In this document: positions 41,492-51,553 of the stretch, piece after piece | Position numbering within the stretch: position 1 is the first letter of the stretch | Layout: each line of letters starts with the position of its first letter | Virus record (IMG/VR): IMGVR_UViG_3300001533_003062 | Span: 26,327 to 90,326 of that record | Length of the DNA stretch: 64,000 nt | DNA from: a virus | Strand: one strand, 5' to 3' | Notes under the pieces: model-generated | Seen by the model: the letters and a program-made list of their open reading frames with translations, nothing else | Databases searched by the model: none | Told to the model about the DNA's origin: nothing | Translations under genes and position numbers: made by a program

Positions 41492-42382
41492 TTACATAGA
41501 GCCCGCTCCGCTCACATAGTTTCTTCTGGACTGTATCCCTGACCTTGAGAAAGGCCCTAAAGCAGATTGCAGACCTATTCCGTACCTCGGCTGCTGAAGC
41601 CCCTTTATTATCTTTATGGATCTCTTAGCAAGTTCAAGTCCCTTCTCAAACTCTCCCCAGAAGTTATTCTTCATTGCCTCATATTTAGAGGATTTCTCTA
41701 TGCTAAGACTTACCCCCGATACGCTGTAGTCAAACTCGTCAGCGATCCAGTTCATAGCAAGCGCAGCACATGCATACCCTGCTGCACGCATCAGGATGAG
41801 CGTAGACCATCTAGTGGGCATACTCTTGATAGTTACACCGGTTACTGGAGGCGCCATATTAAACGAGTCTATACCCATCAGTATATACTCATAGAGTTCT
41901 TCATCTTCCCAGATGTAGCCAAATACCTGTGTCTGGTTCTGGATAAAATTTTCTGTTGATGGAGGTCTAAACCGGTAATTCCTGTCCGGATTATTGTCTC
42001 TTAGCATGATCCTGAGTCTTCTTATTAGCCCATCCTCAAAGTCGTTACCTGTTATAGAAACGACCATATCTTCTCCAACTATATTAAACTCTTGGACTAC
42101 CTCTATGAGAGGGGATGTGGGAGATTCTCTGAAGTTCCACCGTACCAACCAATCTCCGATGTTTGCGTCAAGTGGTATAGTAGAGTTCACGTGGTACTGG
42201 CCGACGCCAGTAGTCGAAGGTATTCTATCCTGATCTCCTATAAGTACCTGTATACCTGTTGTATTATCAAATAGAGAATAAACTATGTAGTAGGGATCTG
42301 TAGGCGTACCCGCCGAATCCCTTATTACGATCTTAAGATCGTTCTCTGTTAGAATCTGCCCTTTTTTATAAGCTACGCCCAT
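41492..42382 (-). CDS. Head-tail adaptor / neck protein
   Basis: N-terminal Ig-like segment then RLRIMLRD..WEDEEL..FDYSVSGVSLSIEKS. Confidence 0.55.
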   Translation of the reverse strand: MGVAYKKGQILTENDLKIVIRDSAGTPTDPYYIVYSLFDNTTGIQVLIGDQDRIPSTTGVGQYHVNSTIPLDANIGDWLVRWNFRESPTSPLIEVVQEFNIVGEDMVVSITGNDFEDGLIRRLRIMLRDNNPDRNYRFRPPSTENFIQNQTQVFGYIWEDEELYEYILMGIDSFNMAPPVTGVTIKSMPTRWSTLILMRAAGYACAALAMNWIADEFDYSVSGVSLSIEKSSKYEAMKNNFWGEFEKGLELAKRSIKIIKGLQQPRYGIGLQSALGPFSRSGIQSRRNYVSGAGSM

Positions 42383-42461
42383 AATGCTTCCTTAATAGGA
42401 TTAATCAATACCCGTATTCTTTTTATGGCGTACTTATTAGAAGATAATTATAGATAAGATA

Positions 42462-43313
42462 CTAAATAAGGGGTTTTAGTATCTTATCTATTTCTTGCCT
42501 TTTAGTCTGTATCTTAATCTTAGACTCCGAAATCTCTTCTTCAGTTTCTCTTCTATCAGAGCTATCCATAGATGACCGGTTTATCTCCATATAATTCTTT
42601 AGGGAAGAAAGAGACTCAACCAGCCCGACAAGCTCGTCTTGTGCCCCTTTAAGATTTTTTAGTAAGTCAGCATCAACCGACGCCGCCTTCTCCCAAGGTG
42701 CTTTAGACTTAAGTATAGATCCCTCATCAAAGTCTTTCTCCCATCTATCTAGCATGCCTTGGAGGGCCTGAAGAGGGACTCCGTGAGTATTCTTACCACT
42801 GAGCTCTTTTACATCAAATTTCCAGGGTGTATCTGCTTCTTCTACAGCTATATTATAACCATACTTTTTAGCCTCAGACACATAGGGCCTAGCCTCCCAT
42901 TTCTGGACATTAGTATTATCTACTATAATGGGGCTTATTCCTGAGGCCATAGAGTCAAAAGCTCGACTCTGATTCCACTCATGTGCGGCCACAATCATAG
43001 GTTTTCCATCTTTTCCTTTTTCACCGCCACGGAATACCATCTTACCGTTTTCATCCTTACTATATAGACCGGGATAATCGTCCGTAGAAAAAACCTCTCC
43101 ACCTAATTCGCTGTGTAGCTTTTTAGCCTTGGTACTCTTACCACTACCTGGTAGACCCCTCATGATAATCAAAGTTTTATCAGAACCTTCTTTAGCCGCG
43201 ATAACTTCCAAAGTATTGGAAATCTTATCTAATTCAGATGCCTCTCTAATTAGTCCCTTAGATTCTAAAGACTCCGCTACCTCATCTAACATGGAAGAAA
43301 TCTTACTGTACAT
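42462..43313 (-). CDS. P-loop polynucleotide-kinase-like protein (N4BP2/AAA_33 type) with shared N-terminal leader
   Basis: IIMRGLPGSGKST, STDDY, AHEWNQ, IVDNTN, KNTHGVP. Confidence 0.85.
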   Translation of the reverse strand: MYSKISSMLDEVAESLESKGLIREASELDKISNTLEVIAAKEGSDKTLIIMRGLPGSGKSTKAKKLHSELGGEVFSTDDYPGLYSKDENGKMVFRGGEKGKDGKPMIVAAHEWNQSRAFDSMASGISPIIVDNTNVQKWEARPYVSEAKKYGYNIAVEEADTPWKFDVKELSGKNTHGVPLQALQGMLDRWEKDFDEGSILKSKAPWEKAASVDADLLKNLKGAQDELVGLVESLSSLKNYMEINRSSMDSSDRRETEEEISESKIKIQTKRQEIDKILKPLI

Positions 43314-43342
43314 TTACGTATACCCCTTTAAACATTATTATT

Positions 43343-43756
43343 TTAATCGATTATATTCAAGTCCGCAGGTAGATCTAAGAACCCTCCTAGCATCTTCTTC
43401 GAGTAGTCATACAGACCGCCGGTTGCTATATAAAAAGAAATATCTGCATACTCCACATTAGTACCCGCAGATTTCTTATACTTCCAACGTATCTTATATA
43501 GACCAACATCCCAATCAGGTCCTATAATAAAATTAGGTCTAAATATACCTGTTTCTACTTCTACAGGCAAACGAAATAAGGATCCCTTAGGGTAATAGGA
43601 TAGGTTGTCTTCTTGGACCTGACCTATCTCATACCTGACCCAATAAGGAGAATACTTTTGAGGCAGTGAACCGTAAGGATATGCGACAGAATCGCTATAA
43701 AAAGTATAATGAAGATCCCCTTCTTTTAGCCTATAATCTTGCTTAAGGATCTCCAT
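43343..43756 (-). CDS. Hypothetical Ig-like protein
   Basis: Resembles N-domain of 41492-42382 (PYWVRY..TG...GLYKIRWKY). Confidence 0.5.
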   Translation of the reverse strand: MEILKQDYRLKEGDLHYTFYSDSVAYPYGSLPQKYSPYWVRYEIGQVQEDNLSYYPKGSLFRLPVEVETGIFRPNFIIGPDWDVGLYKIRWKYKKSAGTNVEYADISFYIATGGLYDYSKKMLGGFLDLPADLNIID

Positions 43757-43785
43757 TAAATATCACCATTCTTTGTGAAAAAAAA

Positions 43786-44379
43786 TTAAGGCTTTACACT
43801 GCCTATAACTTCAGGACCTAATAATTTATCTGTGCCGTGAATTAGCTTTCTAGCCTTGTCGTCCTCATTGACTTTCTTCTTTATCTCTTTCAAGGCTTCG
43901 TCATGGTCTTTACCCTTGAAAAATAAGCGTGAAAGCTGTTCACTTAGGTAATTATTTTTAGGTAGAATCTCGTCCACCCCATAATCCTGAGCCATATAAG
44001 CTATTATGGCGAGGTCCTGTCTATCACCTCTATTTATGAACGCGTTTACTATTTTTGGCGTAAAATAGGACACGACGTTACTCTTGTCGTTCTCTTCATT
44101 CGCCTTTAATAGCTCTATAACGTATAGATCATTAGACCCTATAAGTTCCAAGAGCTCCTGTTCCGACGCCACATTTTTAAGGACACCACCATTATCCTTT
44201 ATATAATCTGAGAGGCCGTTCTCTTCTAATACATCCTCCAGAACCTTTATATTGGTGTTACTACCTGCGTATTTATCTAGCGTATTAGCTACGACGTCTA
44301 ATTGTCTAGCTTCTCTGATTAAGCCCTTATCCTCCAATGATTGAGCTACCTTATCTATTAAGGTAGAGATATTATCCAT
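43786..44379 (-). CDS. Hypothetical protein with shared N-terminal leader
   Basis: Likely start MDNISTLIDKVAQSLEDKGLIREARQLD at 44379, just after the upstream stop. Confidence 0.7.
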   Translation of the reverse strand: MDNISTLIDKVAQSLEDKGLIREARQLDVVANTLDKYAGSNTNIKVLEDVLEENGLSDYIKDNGGVLKNVASEQELLELIGSNDLYVIELLKANEENDKSNVVSYFTPKIVNAFINRGDRQDLAIIAYMAQDYGVDEILPKNNYLSEQLSRLFFKGKDHDEALKEIKKKVNEDDKARKLIHGTDKLLGPEVIGSVKP

Positions 44380-44380
44380 A

Positions 44381-44860
44381 TTAACTGTCTCCCTCTTCAA
44401 CATTCAGTACTAATTCCAATGTAAAATGAATCTCATTATTTTCTTCATCTATTTCTGGGTGGTAGTCCACCTGTTCTTCCCATATATAATCATCAAAGTC
44501 TTCTTCTAAATCCGAGGTGTCTATGTCCGGATACTCTTTATTTAAAAAGGGTATCAGCTTAGGATTAATGATTTTCTTTATTGAATCCTCGTTATCATCT
44601 ACCCAATCCATTATCATGGAGTTTAGAACTCTATAACTTTGAGGAGCATCTCCACTAAATTTTAATTTAAGCTCACACACTATATCAAACATATCCGCGT
44701 CAAATACAACAGTGCTTTTATCGGAAGTACTATTAGTTACTTGGATAGAGCTTGTTATATCCGCCCTACCTATATCATTGAATCCTATAAATTCAACGTC
44801 CTTAAGAGTAAATTTTTTTGATGCTATCTTTTTAAAGATCTGAATCTCAGTAGTTCTCAT
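44381..44860 (-). CDS. Acidic hypothetical protein
   Basis: 159 aa, operonic spacing. Confidence 0.6.
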   Translation of the reverse strand: MRTTEIQIFKKIASKKFTLKDVEFIGFNDIGRADITSSIQVTNSTSDKSTVVFDADMFDIVCELKLKFSGDAPQSYRVLNSMIMDWVDDNEDSIKKIINPKLIPFLNKEYPDIDTSDLEEDFDDYIWEEQVDYHPEIDEENNEIHFTLELVLNVEEGDS

Positions 44861-44866
44861 AACTAT

Positions 44867-45166
44867 TTAAAATCCGTGCTTTTTATTATTGAAACTTCCA
44901 GTAAATCCCTGAATACCCGTGATACCTTGTTCAAAACCTACGAAGGTAACGTCGTACCCGATGTACTTTCCTGTTATTCCCGCAAAAGTTTGTAAGTCCT
45001 TGTAGGTATCTAAATCTTTGACACCTGTATAAGTATAATTTTCAGGAGGGTTTCCCATTTCTTCGAATATTCCGGTAGCTCCGTATACTTCGTTAGTATT
45101 AACAATCTTATACGCCCCGATAGCGGGGGAGATACCATTGAATGTCCAACCTTTTGACTTAGCCAC
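44867..45166 (-). CDS. Small GxTG-rich protein
   Basis: GATG, GITG, GITG, GFTG in 99 aa. Confidence 0.65.
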   Translation of the reverse strand: MAKSKGWTFNGISPAIGAYKIVNTNEVYGATGIFEEMGNPPENYTYTGVKDLDTYKDLQTFAGITGKYIGYDVTFVGFEQGITGIQGFTGSFNNKKHGF

Positions 45167-45168
45167 TA

Positions 45169-45456
45169 TTAGCCTCTTTTGATCTCATTATTAACTATGC
45201 TTGCACATAAACTCTTCAGCGATTTAACATTATCTGCGTACGTAAGGGCATCTATCTTAGCCTGCCTCAAATAATAATCCGCCTTGAGCTTTTCTACAAT
45301 AGCGTTCTCTTCGAAATAGAAGAATACCCTTCTGTCATCCCTACTCGTCTTTTTTATATTACATCCCGCAGATGATAAAAAAGCAGCTAAATAAAGATCA
45401 CACGTCTTGTAGCCGTCTTCTGTTAGTATTAAATCTCCGTGTATTCTATCACCCAT
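45169..45456 (-). CDS. DUF5659-like small phage protein
   Basis: YKTCDLYLAAFL..G....RVFFYF pattern recalled for this family. Confidence 0.55.
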   Translation of the reverse strand: MGDRIHGDLILTEDGYKTCDLYLAAFLSSAGCNIKKTSRDDRRVFFYFEENAIVEKLKADYYLRQAKIDALTYADNVKSLKSLCASIVNNEIKRG

Positions 45457-45534
45457 AATTTATCCTATCTATATTATACCATATATATCTTATGTGAGAG
45501 TTACCATGAGGTAACTCTCACAAATAAAGACAAT

Positions 45535-45951
45535 TTAGACATTACCGTAGTAATAACCTGTTGCACCGGCTATGCCTGTAGGTGCGTACTTATCGTTAGC
45601 AAGGCGTGTCATGTACTCATCTGTAAATCTACCTGTGTCACCTGTGACGTCACGAAGAGGAACCTCATCACTTGATGTAAAAATTCCTGAAGTAACAGTG
45701 ATAGGGGCTCCTGTAGGAAATACAGCTGAATCGTCGGTACTGTAATACTTGAGGATACCTGAAGCAAGACTCATAAGAACATCACCTGTTTTCTGAAGAA
45801 CTACTGTTTCACCCCAGATAATGTATTGATCCTGTCCTCCGTTATAGTTACCTTCCTGAGCACCGCCGAGACCGAGTCTCTTTTCGATGTCTGAGAGATA
45901 AATTTTACCCACATTAGTTCCATTATACTGGATTTTAATCTGGTCACTCAT
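45535..45951 (-). CDS. Hypothetical virion protein with TG-rich C-terminus
   Basis: Likely start MSDQIK at 45951 with AGGAGG; VTGDTG and PTGIAGATG. Confidence 0.7.
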   Translation of the reverse strand: MSDQIKIQYNGTNVGKIYLSDIEKRLGLGGAQEGNYNGGQDQYIIWGETVVLQKTGDVLMSLASGILKYYSTDDSAVFPTGAPITVTSGIFTSSDEVPLRDVTGDTGRFTDEYMTRLANDKYAPTGIAGATGYYYGNV

Positions 45952-46052
45952 ATCGTGCCTCCTTAAAAAACACATTCGTTATAATTTATATTAAACGGCT
46001 TAAATAAGCCTGTACAACTATTATAGTTATATTAAAAGATAATTACAAAATG

Positions 46053-46085
46053 AAAAAGGCCCTAAACTTAATTCAGGGCCTTTTT
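46053..46085. terminator. Intrinsic terminator, possibly bidirectional
   Basis: AAAAAGGCCCT...AGGGCCTTTTT. Confidence 0.75.
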
Positions 46086-46109
46086 AGTCTGTATATTATA
46101 AATATAATA

Positions 46110-46229
46110 TTAATCTTTATCACCGGACCACGGGTTTAGGCGCTCTATTTCTTCTACCTTTTTCTTTAAACCCTTAGACTCGAGGCTCCCAGCTACTTTA
46201 TCTAACATTGATGCGATCTTATCGTACAC
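46110..46229 (-). CDS. 39-aa peptide consisting mostly of the shared leader
   Basis: GTG with GGAGG 6 nt upstream; MYDKIASMLDKVAGSLESKGLKKKVEEIERLNPWSGDKD; below the ORF-track cutoff. Confidence 0.6.
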   Translation of the reverse strand: MYDKIASMLDKVAGSLESKGLKKKVEEIERLNPWSGDKD

Positions 46230-46286
46230 CTAAATCCTCCTCTAACAAATATAATAGTGCTGTCTTAATAGTATATCATTAAAATA

Positions 46287-49200
46287 TTATACCTTATAAT
46301 GTATAAACCAGTTTGATGGGACACCTGTATCAGGATATTCCACATACTCAAGTCTAAAACCTTCTTTACCTCCCCAAAAAGACTTAATTAGCTCCTCCGT
46401 GGGAGTCCACAAGTGTTGCTTGTTCTCTTTATGGTCTTGATCAGGCAGAGATATTAAAATACCTTTAGTGGCTATCTTCTCCATCTTATCTATGTATACC
46501 GGTATGGAGTCTAAAGGCACGTGCTCTAGAGTCTCAAAACACAGCACGGCATCAAAAATATCTGAAATAGAAACCTCATCAAAAGCCCCTTTATGTACCT
46601 TATATTTCTTATTATTCTTTACAGCATATCTCTCAGCTGATAAGGCTAGGCCCTCTATGAATTCTACACCCTCTACATCGTAGCCCTTGTCGATAAGAAG
46701 AAAGTCCAACCAGCCATCATAAGAGCCTACATCCAGTACTTTTTCCGCACCTAAGTCCTCTAGGACCTCTAAAGCCTTTGTAAAGTGCTTATTATCTCTC
46801 TTATTACCTATGTGAGCCTCAGGTACAGGTAGATAACTTTCAGGGATTGTAACCTCGTGATTAGCCCTTATTTCCTCTTTAGTACTTACAGGAAATTCTA
46901 GCCCAAACTGCCTCATCCAGCCTTCAGCAATATTATCCCAAGAATACTCTAGCATCTTATTATAAGCTTTCTCGGACCATTCTTTAGTAAGCTCTTCGTC
47001 CTTAAGGAGCTTAATAGCAGCTTCTATAAAAGATTTTTGATATTCTTCTGAGTGGCTATCTCCATCAATAAGCATGCCTGAGCTACCTACTGTAGTCGTA
47101 AGGCCTGCAAAGTTAGAAGAAAGAATAGCGTTTTTAGCTAAACCGTTCTCCACCGCAGATATACAAAAACTCTCAGAGAACCACGTGGGATAGAGCCACC
47201 ACTTAGATTCCATCTGGTACCTAGCAAGTACGTCCTTCGATACTCTATCTACGTACTCTACTCCAGGCTGTTCCATCGATTTCTTTATTTCTTGGATAAA
47301 AGCCATACCCTTTTCGTCGCCTCTAGCTTTTACGGCTGACTCCCAGTTGTAGAACCCATAAGCTACTATGAGCTTAAGATCCGGACAAGCCTCCCTAAGC
47401 TTAGGGAACATCATCAGAAGCTCATATAAACCTCTATCAGGGCTAGAACTATAAACAATCTGGTTCTTCTTCTCAACCTTATCTACATCTTTATAAAGAT
47501 CAAAGTTAACCCCGTTTGCTGTGAGGAACATCTTATCTTCCGGCATATTGTGGTGCTGTTTTAAGAAATCTTTGTGCCACTCAGAAAGATAGCCGTAACC
47601 ATCTGTTTTCCATGCTAATATATCGTAATTCTTATCATGATTCAACCATATGTCATGTATCATGACATAACGCCTCATAGCGTGTATACTGTGCTTAAAA
47701 GGTTCTACGGTACGGGAACTTATAAAGTAATCTATTGCCTCGCACTTAAGATCTTCTAGCATGTGCGCATGGTGCCTATATGCTACGTACCCCTTACCCA
47801 CACCCAGGGTCTCTCTGTATAAAGACTTATCTACATCATACTCCTCTTTAAGGTATACGCCTCTATCTTTCTCAGGCAAGTCGTTATAGATAATTACACC
47901 GTACCCTCTCCTGGCAAAAGCAATAGCTAAATAAACCGCCCAGGTCTCTGAACCTGCCATACCTTTATCTACCTTCTCCTTGTCCCAAGGCTCCCATGCG
48001 GGTCCCGTATAAATTACTATTTTTTTGTATTCCCATTTTTTGTGGTATATAAGATGATTTAACTTGTCCTCTTTAGCATATTCTTCCCTATCTTCTACCT
48101 CATAAGCACCCCTGCTGATCCCTCCGAAATGATATACAAAAGAGTCTATTGCCTGACCTATCCTATAGCCAAAAGAGGTCAACCTTCTACACAGATCCAA
48201 ATCTTCGCAACCGTTTTTGTAGTTGGTATCAAACAAACCCACCTCGTTTATAGCGCTCCGTGCAAAAACTGTGGCATATGCCGCCACCCATTGCTGCTCA
48301 ACGAATTTGCCTGATAAGCTCTTATTAGAATCATCCATAAAATCGTAGAGTTCATCTATATAGGGTTTTACCTGATCCATTTTCATCCCAGGTACTAACT
48401 CTAATCCACTCTTATTTAGCCTCATATTATATGAAGGCTTACCAGGAATGCCGTGTAACCAACCTCTATCGCAGTTAGAAAGTACACCACAAGCTGCCAA
48501 CCTACTTTCTGTATCCATTTTTTTAACAATATTCTCTAACCAGCCTTTGGAAACTACCATATCCGAATTCAAGATAGCAAAGTACTTCGAATTAGAAGCA
48601 GCTATACCCGCATTACAAGCCTCTGAAAAATTAAGGCGTTTATCAGGACTACCTAGAATAGTCATACCTTTTAGAGTCTTTAGATATTCCCAGGTCTCTT
48701 CGTTGCTTCCTGCATCCGATATTATGATTTGGAAAGGATATATAGTCTTCAAAAGTATAGAGCTTACAAACAATTTTAGGTACTCTACGTTATTATAGTT
48801 CGTTATGATAAGATCTACAGGTTCTTTAAAATTACTGTCCACACTTACATCCTCTAAAATCTTAGACCTCTTTTCAACTAATAGCCCTTTAAACAAATCC
48901 GTGTACTTACTCAACATAGCATCAGAGGTATATGCCGACGCCGTGATATAAGCATTCTCCCCTATATTCTTTCTAGTCTTAGAGTCTTTTAATTTTTTTA
49001 ATACCTCGGTCCATTCCTCTATCTTATCACAGATGAAACCGTTAACCCCGTGCATCACTGTTTCTTTATAAGAGGGTAAGGGGGAGCATATTACGGGCAT
49101 ACCTAAAGCCATAGCTACTGAAGCTTTTACGTTACTCTTTGCGGGCTGCACGTCCACCCTTTGAGGGCATAGTACGACATCACAGCTCCTCATATCATCA

Positions 49201-51014
49201 GACCAAGTATTTAGATCCCATTTTATATCCGCATCCTCCCACTCGGTTATAACTACTAATTCATAACCCGCCTCTTCTATCGCTGGTTTCAAATGCTCTT
49301 TTACTAAAAAACTATTCCCACCCATTCCCATGTAGAGTGCTTTAGGTTTCTCATACCGGTCACCATATTCTTCCTCAGGCCTCTTTTCATAGAACTCTAC
49401 GATATCAGAGATTACATCAGTATTAGAGAAACCTTTCTCATTTACCATATCAGATAACTTAGTAGAGCAACAGATAATTTTATCTGCTTCTCGCATACAA
49501 TCTAAAATACTAGGGTGGTCGAAAACAGCTTCACATTTATCTAATAAGATTTTCTTGCCTGATGCTTTAAAGTCTCGTATCAATTCTAATTCTAAATCTC
49601 CAGAATTTACAAAGACTACTATGTTAGCGTCTCCTACCGCATTTATAGTATTTTTAAAACCTAACATATGGTAATCAGATATTATCTTACTTTTCACTCC
49701 CCGGTCTCTCAATAAAGCATCGACATTGAGCCTTCGTATACGTGTAGCGGGGTCATTATAATTTTTAGCGGGGACTAGCCATGCCACCTCTAACTCCCTT
49801 TTACGGTAGAGGTGCACCTCTGCATGATCCCCTGTATTAGACTCAAGAAGCATATCGTATCCTTCTGAGTCTAATATCTCAACCAATTTATCCAAATCTT
49901 TTATAGTGGGTTCTTTATCCCTCACAGATATTTCTAGCTCTGACCTCTTTTTAACTTCCTGCATCTGAGCGTGATCGGGTTTATCTTTTAACGCTATAGA
50001 AGAATACTTAAGTGATTTATCATAATCTTTCTTATTCATATAAATAAGCGCTAGGTTAGCCGCAGGAAGAAAAGAATAGAAATCCACTAACTGAGACATT
50101 CCCGCGTCCATCTTTTTCCCTAGAGCATCCTGATAGTACTTTACGGCTATTTCCTCCTGGCCTTGTCTTTGAGCTATATCCCCCAATACTACAAAATTTT
50201 CAGCATAAGACGAGTTAAATTTAATGCCCTTCATGGCGTAGGTCTTAGACTTGTCAATATCGCCCTCTGAGAAGTAATACCTAGAGACTTTTATAGAGGC
50301 TACCGCCAGATTATCCTTATATCCTTCACCCTTATCCAAGTATTTCTCCAACACCTCTAAGCCTCTCTCCCAATCTCCTGTATCTATAAGCTCTTTCCCG
50401 TAATAGAATTGGGTCCTAGGGGATGGGTCCGGTTTTTCATACTGATCTTTCAATAAGCTAAGATTCCTATCAGGGTCAAAAGGCTTAACACGATAGTGGT
50501 GTATTTTCGCGCCCTCTAATTTATAGATATTTTGAGAGGTATCCATATTGAGATATTCATGTATAGGATCATGCCAAGATATATGATCACAGTTCTTAAC
50601 GATGCGTTCTCTAGGAAGGACTACTATGGGGTTGTCGTCGTCATCATGAGCATAGATATAATCCATTAAAACCATATCGTACTTATATAAATCTTTTTTC
50701 AGATCCAATATCTTCTGATAATCTTCTGGTTTTACAACATCATCAGCATCTAGCCACATTATATGTTTACCGCGTGCTTGGCTAAAATTGTAATTACGAG
50801 CTTTCCCAAAATCTCGACACCACTCAAAATAAGAAACATTATCAGTGAATTCCTCAGCAACCTTTCTTACCTCACTATCTCCAGACGTAACAGTGATAGC
50901 TATGTCGTCGAATAAATTACCTTGGATACTCTCAAGGCACCGTCTCAATTCCTTAGATTCTCCAGGACCCACTATTATACAAAGGGAAAGATCCCTATCT
51001 AAAACTTTTTCCAT
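46287..51014 (-). CDS. Multidomain glycosyltransferase: GT2-TPR-GT4-GT2-GT4-SAM methyltransferase
   Basis: DFGKARN..WLDADD (GT2), TPR helices, KSNVK..ALGMPVI..HGVNGF (GT-B), IITNYN..LNSD..EDLDL (GT2), GSE..YSSSPDRGL..ESFCISAVE (GT4), VLDVGSYDG..ETLEH (MTase). Confidence 0.9.
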   Translation of the reverse strand: MEKVLDRDLSLCIIVGPGESKELRRCLESIQGNLFDDIAITVTSGDSEVRKVAEEFTDNVSYFEWCRDFGKARNYNFSQARGKHIMWLDADDVVKPEDYQKILDLKKDLYKYDMVLMDYIYAHDDDDNPIVVLPRERIVKNCDHISWHDPIHEYLNMDTSQNIYKLEGAKIHHYRVKPFDPDRNLSLLKDQYEKPDPSPRTQFYYGKELIDTGDWERGLEVLEKYLDKGEGYKDNLAVASIKVSRYYFSEGDIDKSKTYAMKGIKFNSSYAENFVVLGDIAQRQGQEEIAVKYYQDALGKKMDAGMSQLVDFYSFLPAANLALIYMNKKDYDKSLKYSSIALKDKPDHAQMQEVKKRSELEISVRDKEPTIKDLDKLVEILDSEGYDMLLESNTGDHAEVHLYRKRELEVAWLVPAKNYNDPATRIRRLNVDALLRDRGVKSKIISDYHMLGFKNTINAVGDANIVVFVNSGDLELELIRDFKASGKKILLDKCEAVFDHPSILDCMREADKIICCSTKLSDMVNEKGFSNTDVISDIVEFYEKRPEEEYGDRYEKPKALYMGMGGNSFLVKEHLKPAIEEAGYELVVITEWEDADIKWDLNTWSDDMRSCDVVLCPQRVDVQPAKSNVKASVAMALGMPVICSPLPSYKETVMHGVNGFICDKIEEWTEVLKKLKDSKTRKNIGENAYITASAYTSDAMLSKYTDLFKGLLVEKRSKILEDVSVDSNFKEPVDLIITNYNNVEYLKLFVSSILLKTIYPFQIIISDAGSNEETWEYLKTLKGMTILGSPDKRLNFSEACNAGIAASNSKYFAILNSDMVVSKGWLENIVKKMDTESRLAACGVLSNCDRGWLHGIPGKPSYNMRLNKSGLELVPGMKMDQVKPYIDELYDFMDDSNKSLSGKFVEQQWVAAYATVFARSAINEVGLFDTNYKNGCEDLDLCRRLTSFGYRIGQAIDSFVYHFGGISRGAYEVEDREEYAKEDKLNHLIYHKKWEYKKIVIYTGPAWEPWDKEKVDKGMAGSETWAVYLAIAFARRGYGVIIYNDLPEKDRGVYLKEEYDVDKSLYRETLGVGKGYVAYRHHAHMLEDLKCEAIDYFISSRTVEPFKHSIHAMRRYVMIHDIWLNHDKNYDILAWKTDGYGYLSEWHKDFLKQHHNMPEDKMFLTANGVNFDLYKDVDKVEKKNQIVYSSSPDRGLYELLMMFPKLREACPDLKLIVAYGFYNWESAVKARGDEKGMAFIQEIKKSMEQPGVEYVDRVSKDVLARYQMESKWWLYPTWFSESFCISAVENGLAKNAILSSNFAGLTTTVGSSGMLIDGDSHSEEYQKSFIEAAIKLLKDEELTKEWSEKAYNKMLEYSWDNIAEGWMRQFGLEFPVSTKEEIRANHEVTIPESYLPVPEAHIGNKRDNKHFTKALEVLEDLGAEKVLDVGSYDGWLDFLLIDKGYDVEGVEFIEGLALSAERYAVKNNKKYKVHKGAFDEVSISDIFDAVLCFETLEHVPLDSIPVYIDKMEKIATKGILISLPDQDHKENKQHLWTPTEELIKSFWGGKEGFRLEYVEYPDTGVPSNWFIHYKV

Positions 51015-51081
51015 TTATATTTAACCTTATTGATTTTAAAATATAAAAATACTATAAATGCATTTTATTTTAAAGTATTAT

Positions 51082-51525
51082 TTAAGCTTTGTTCTTAGCT
51101 TCTTTTGCTTTTTTCCACTTCCGGTCGTCTACGTTATTAGTAATGACCGAATTCTTTTCAGAAGCTACATAAGAATTATACGTCTTAGGGTCGATACCAG
51201 ACTCTTTGGCTAGTTTTTGAGCATCAGACCAACTCTCCGTCTCCTGACCTGCTACATTAGGTCTAAGTTTGGGGCCGTTACCGTATCTCTCTATTTGCTT
51301 TAACTCTAAATCAGCGTTCTTCTTCTTTCGGAGCCGAGTTTCCTTCCAAAGTTTTGTGGGAGAGTCCCCCTTAACTACAAAACCCCCTGGATTATTAGAG
51401 ATCATCCTAGAGAGAGGCTTAGGTGATGAGCATTCATCACAAAATATCTCTGGCTCAACTTTTATCGAATGTATTTCTTCTTGAACGTGCCCGCAAGAAC
51501 GGCACCTATACTCGTAGGTAGGCAT
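51082..51525 (-). CDS. FmdB-family zinc-ribbon protein
   Basis: MPTYEYRCRSCG...CDEC. Confidence 0.8.
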   Translation of the reverse strand: MPTYEYRCRSCGHVQEEIHSIKVEPEIFCDECSSPKPLSRMISNNPGGFVVKGDSPTKLWKETRLRKKKNADLELKQIERYGNGPKLRPNVAGQETESWSDAQKLAKESGIDPKTYNSYVASEKNSVITNNVDDRKWKKAKEAKNKA

Positions 51526-51553
51526 TTAAAATCTCCTCATTTAATATCTATAT

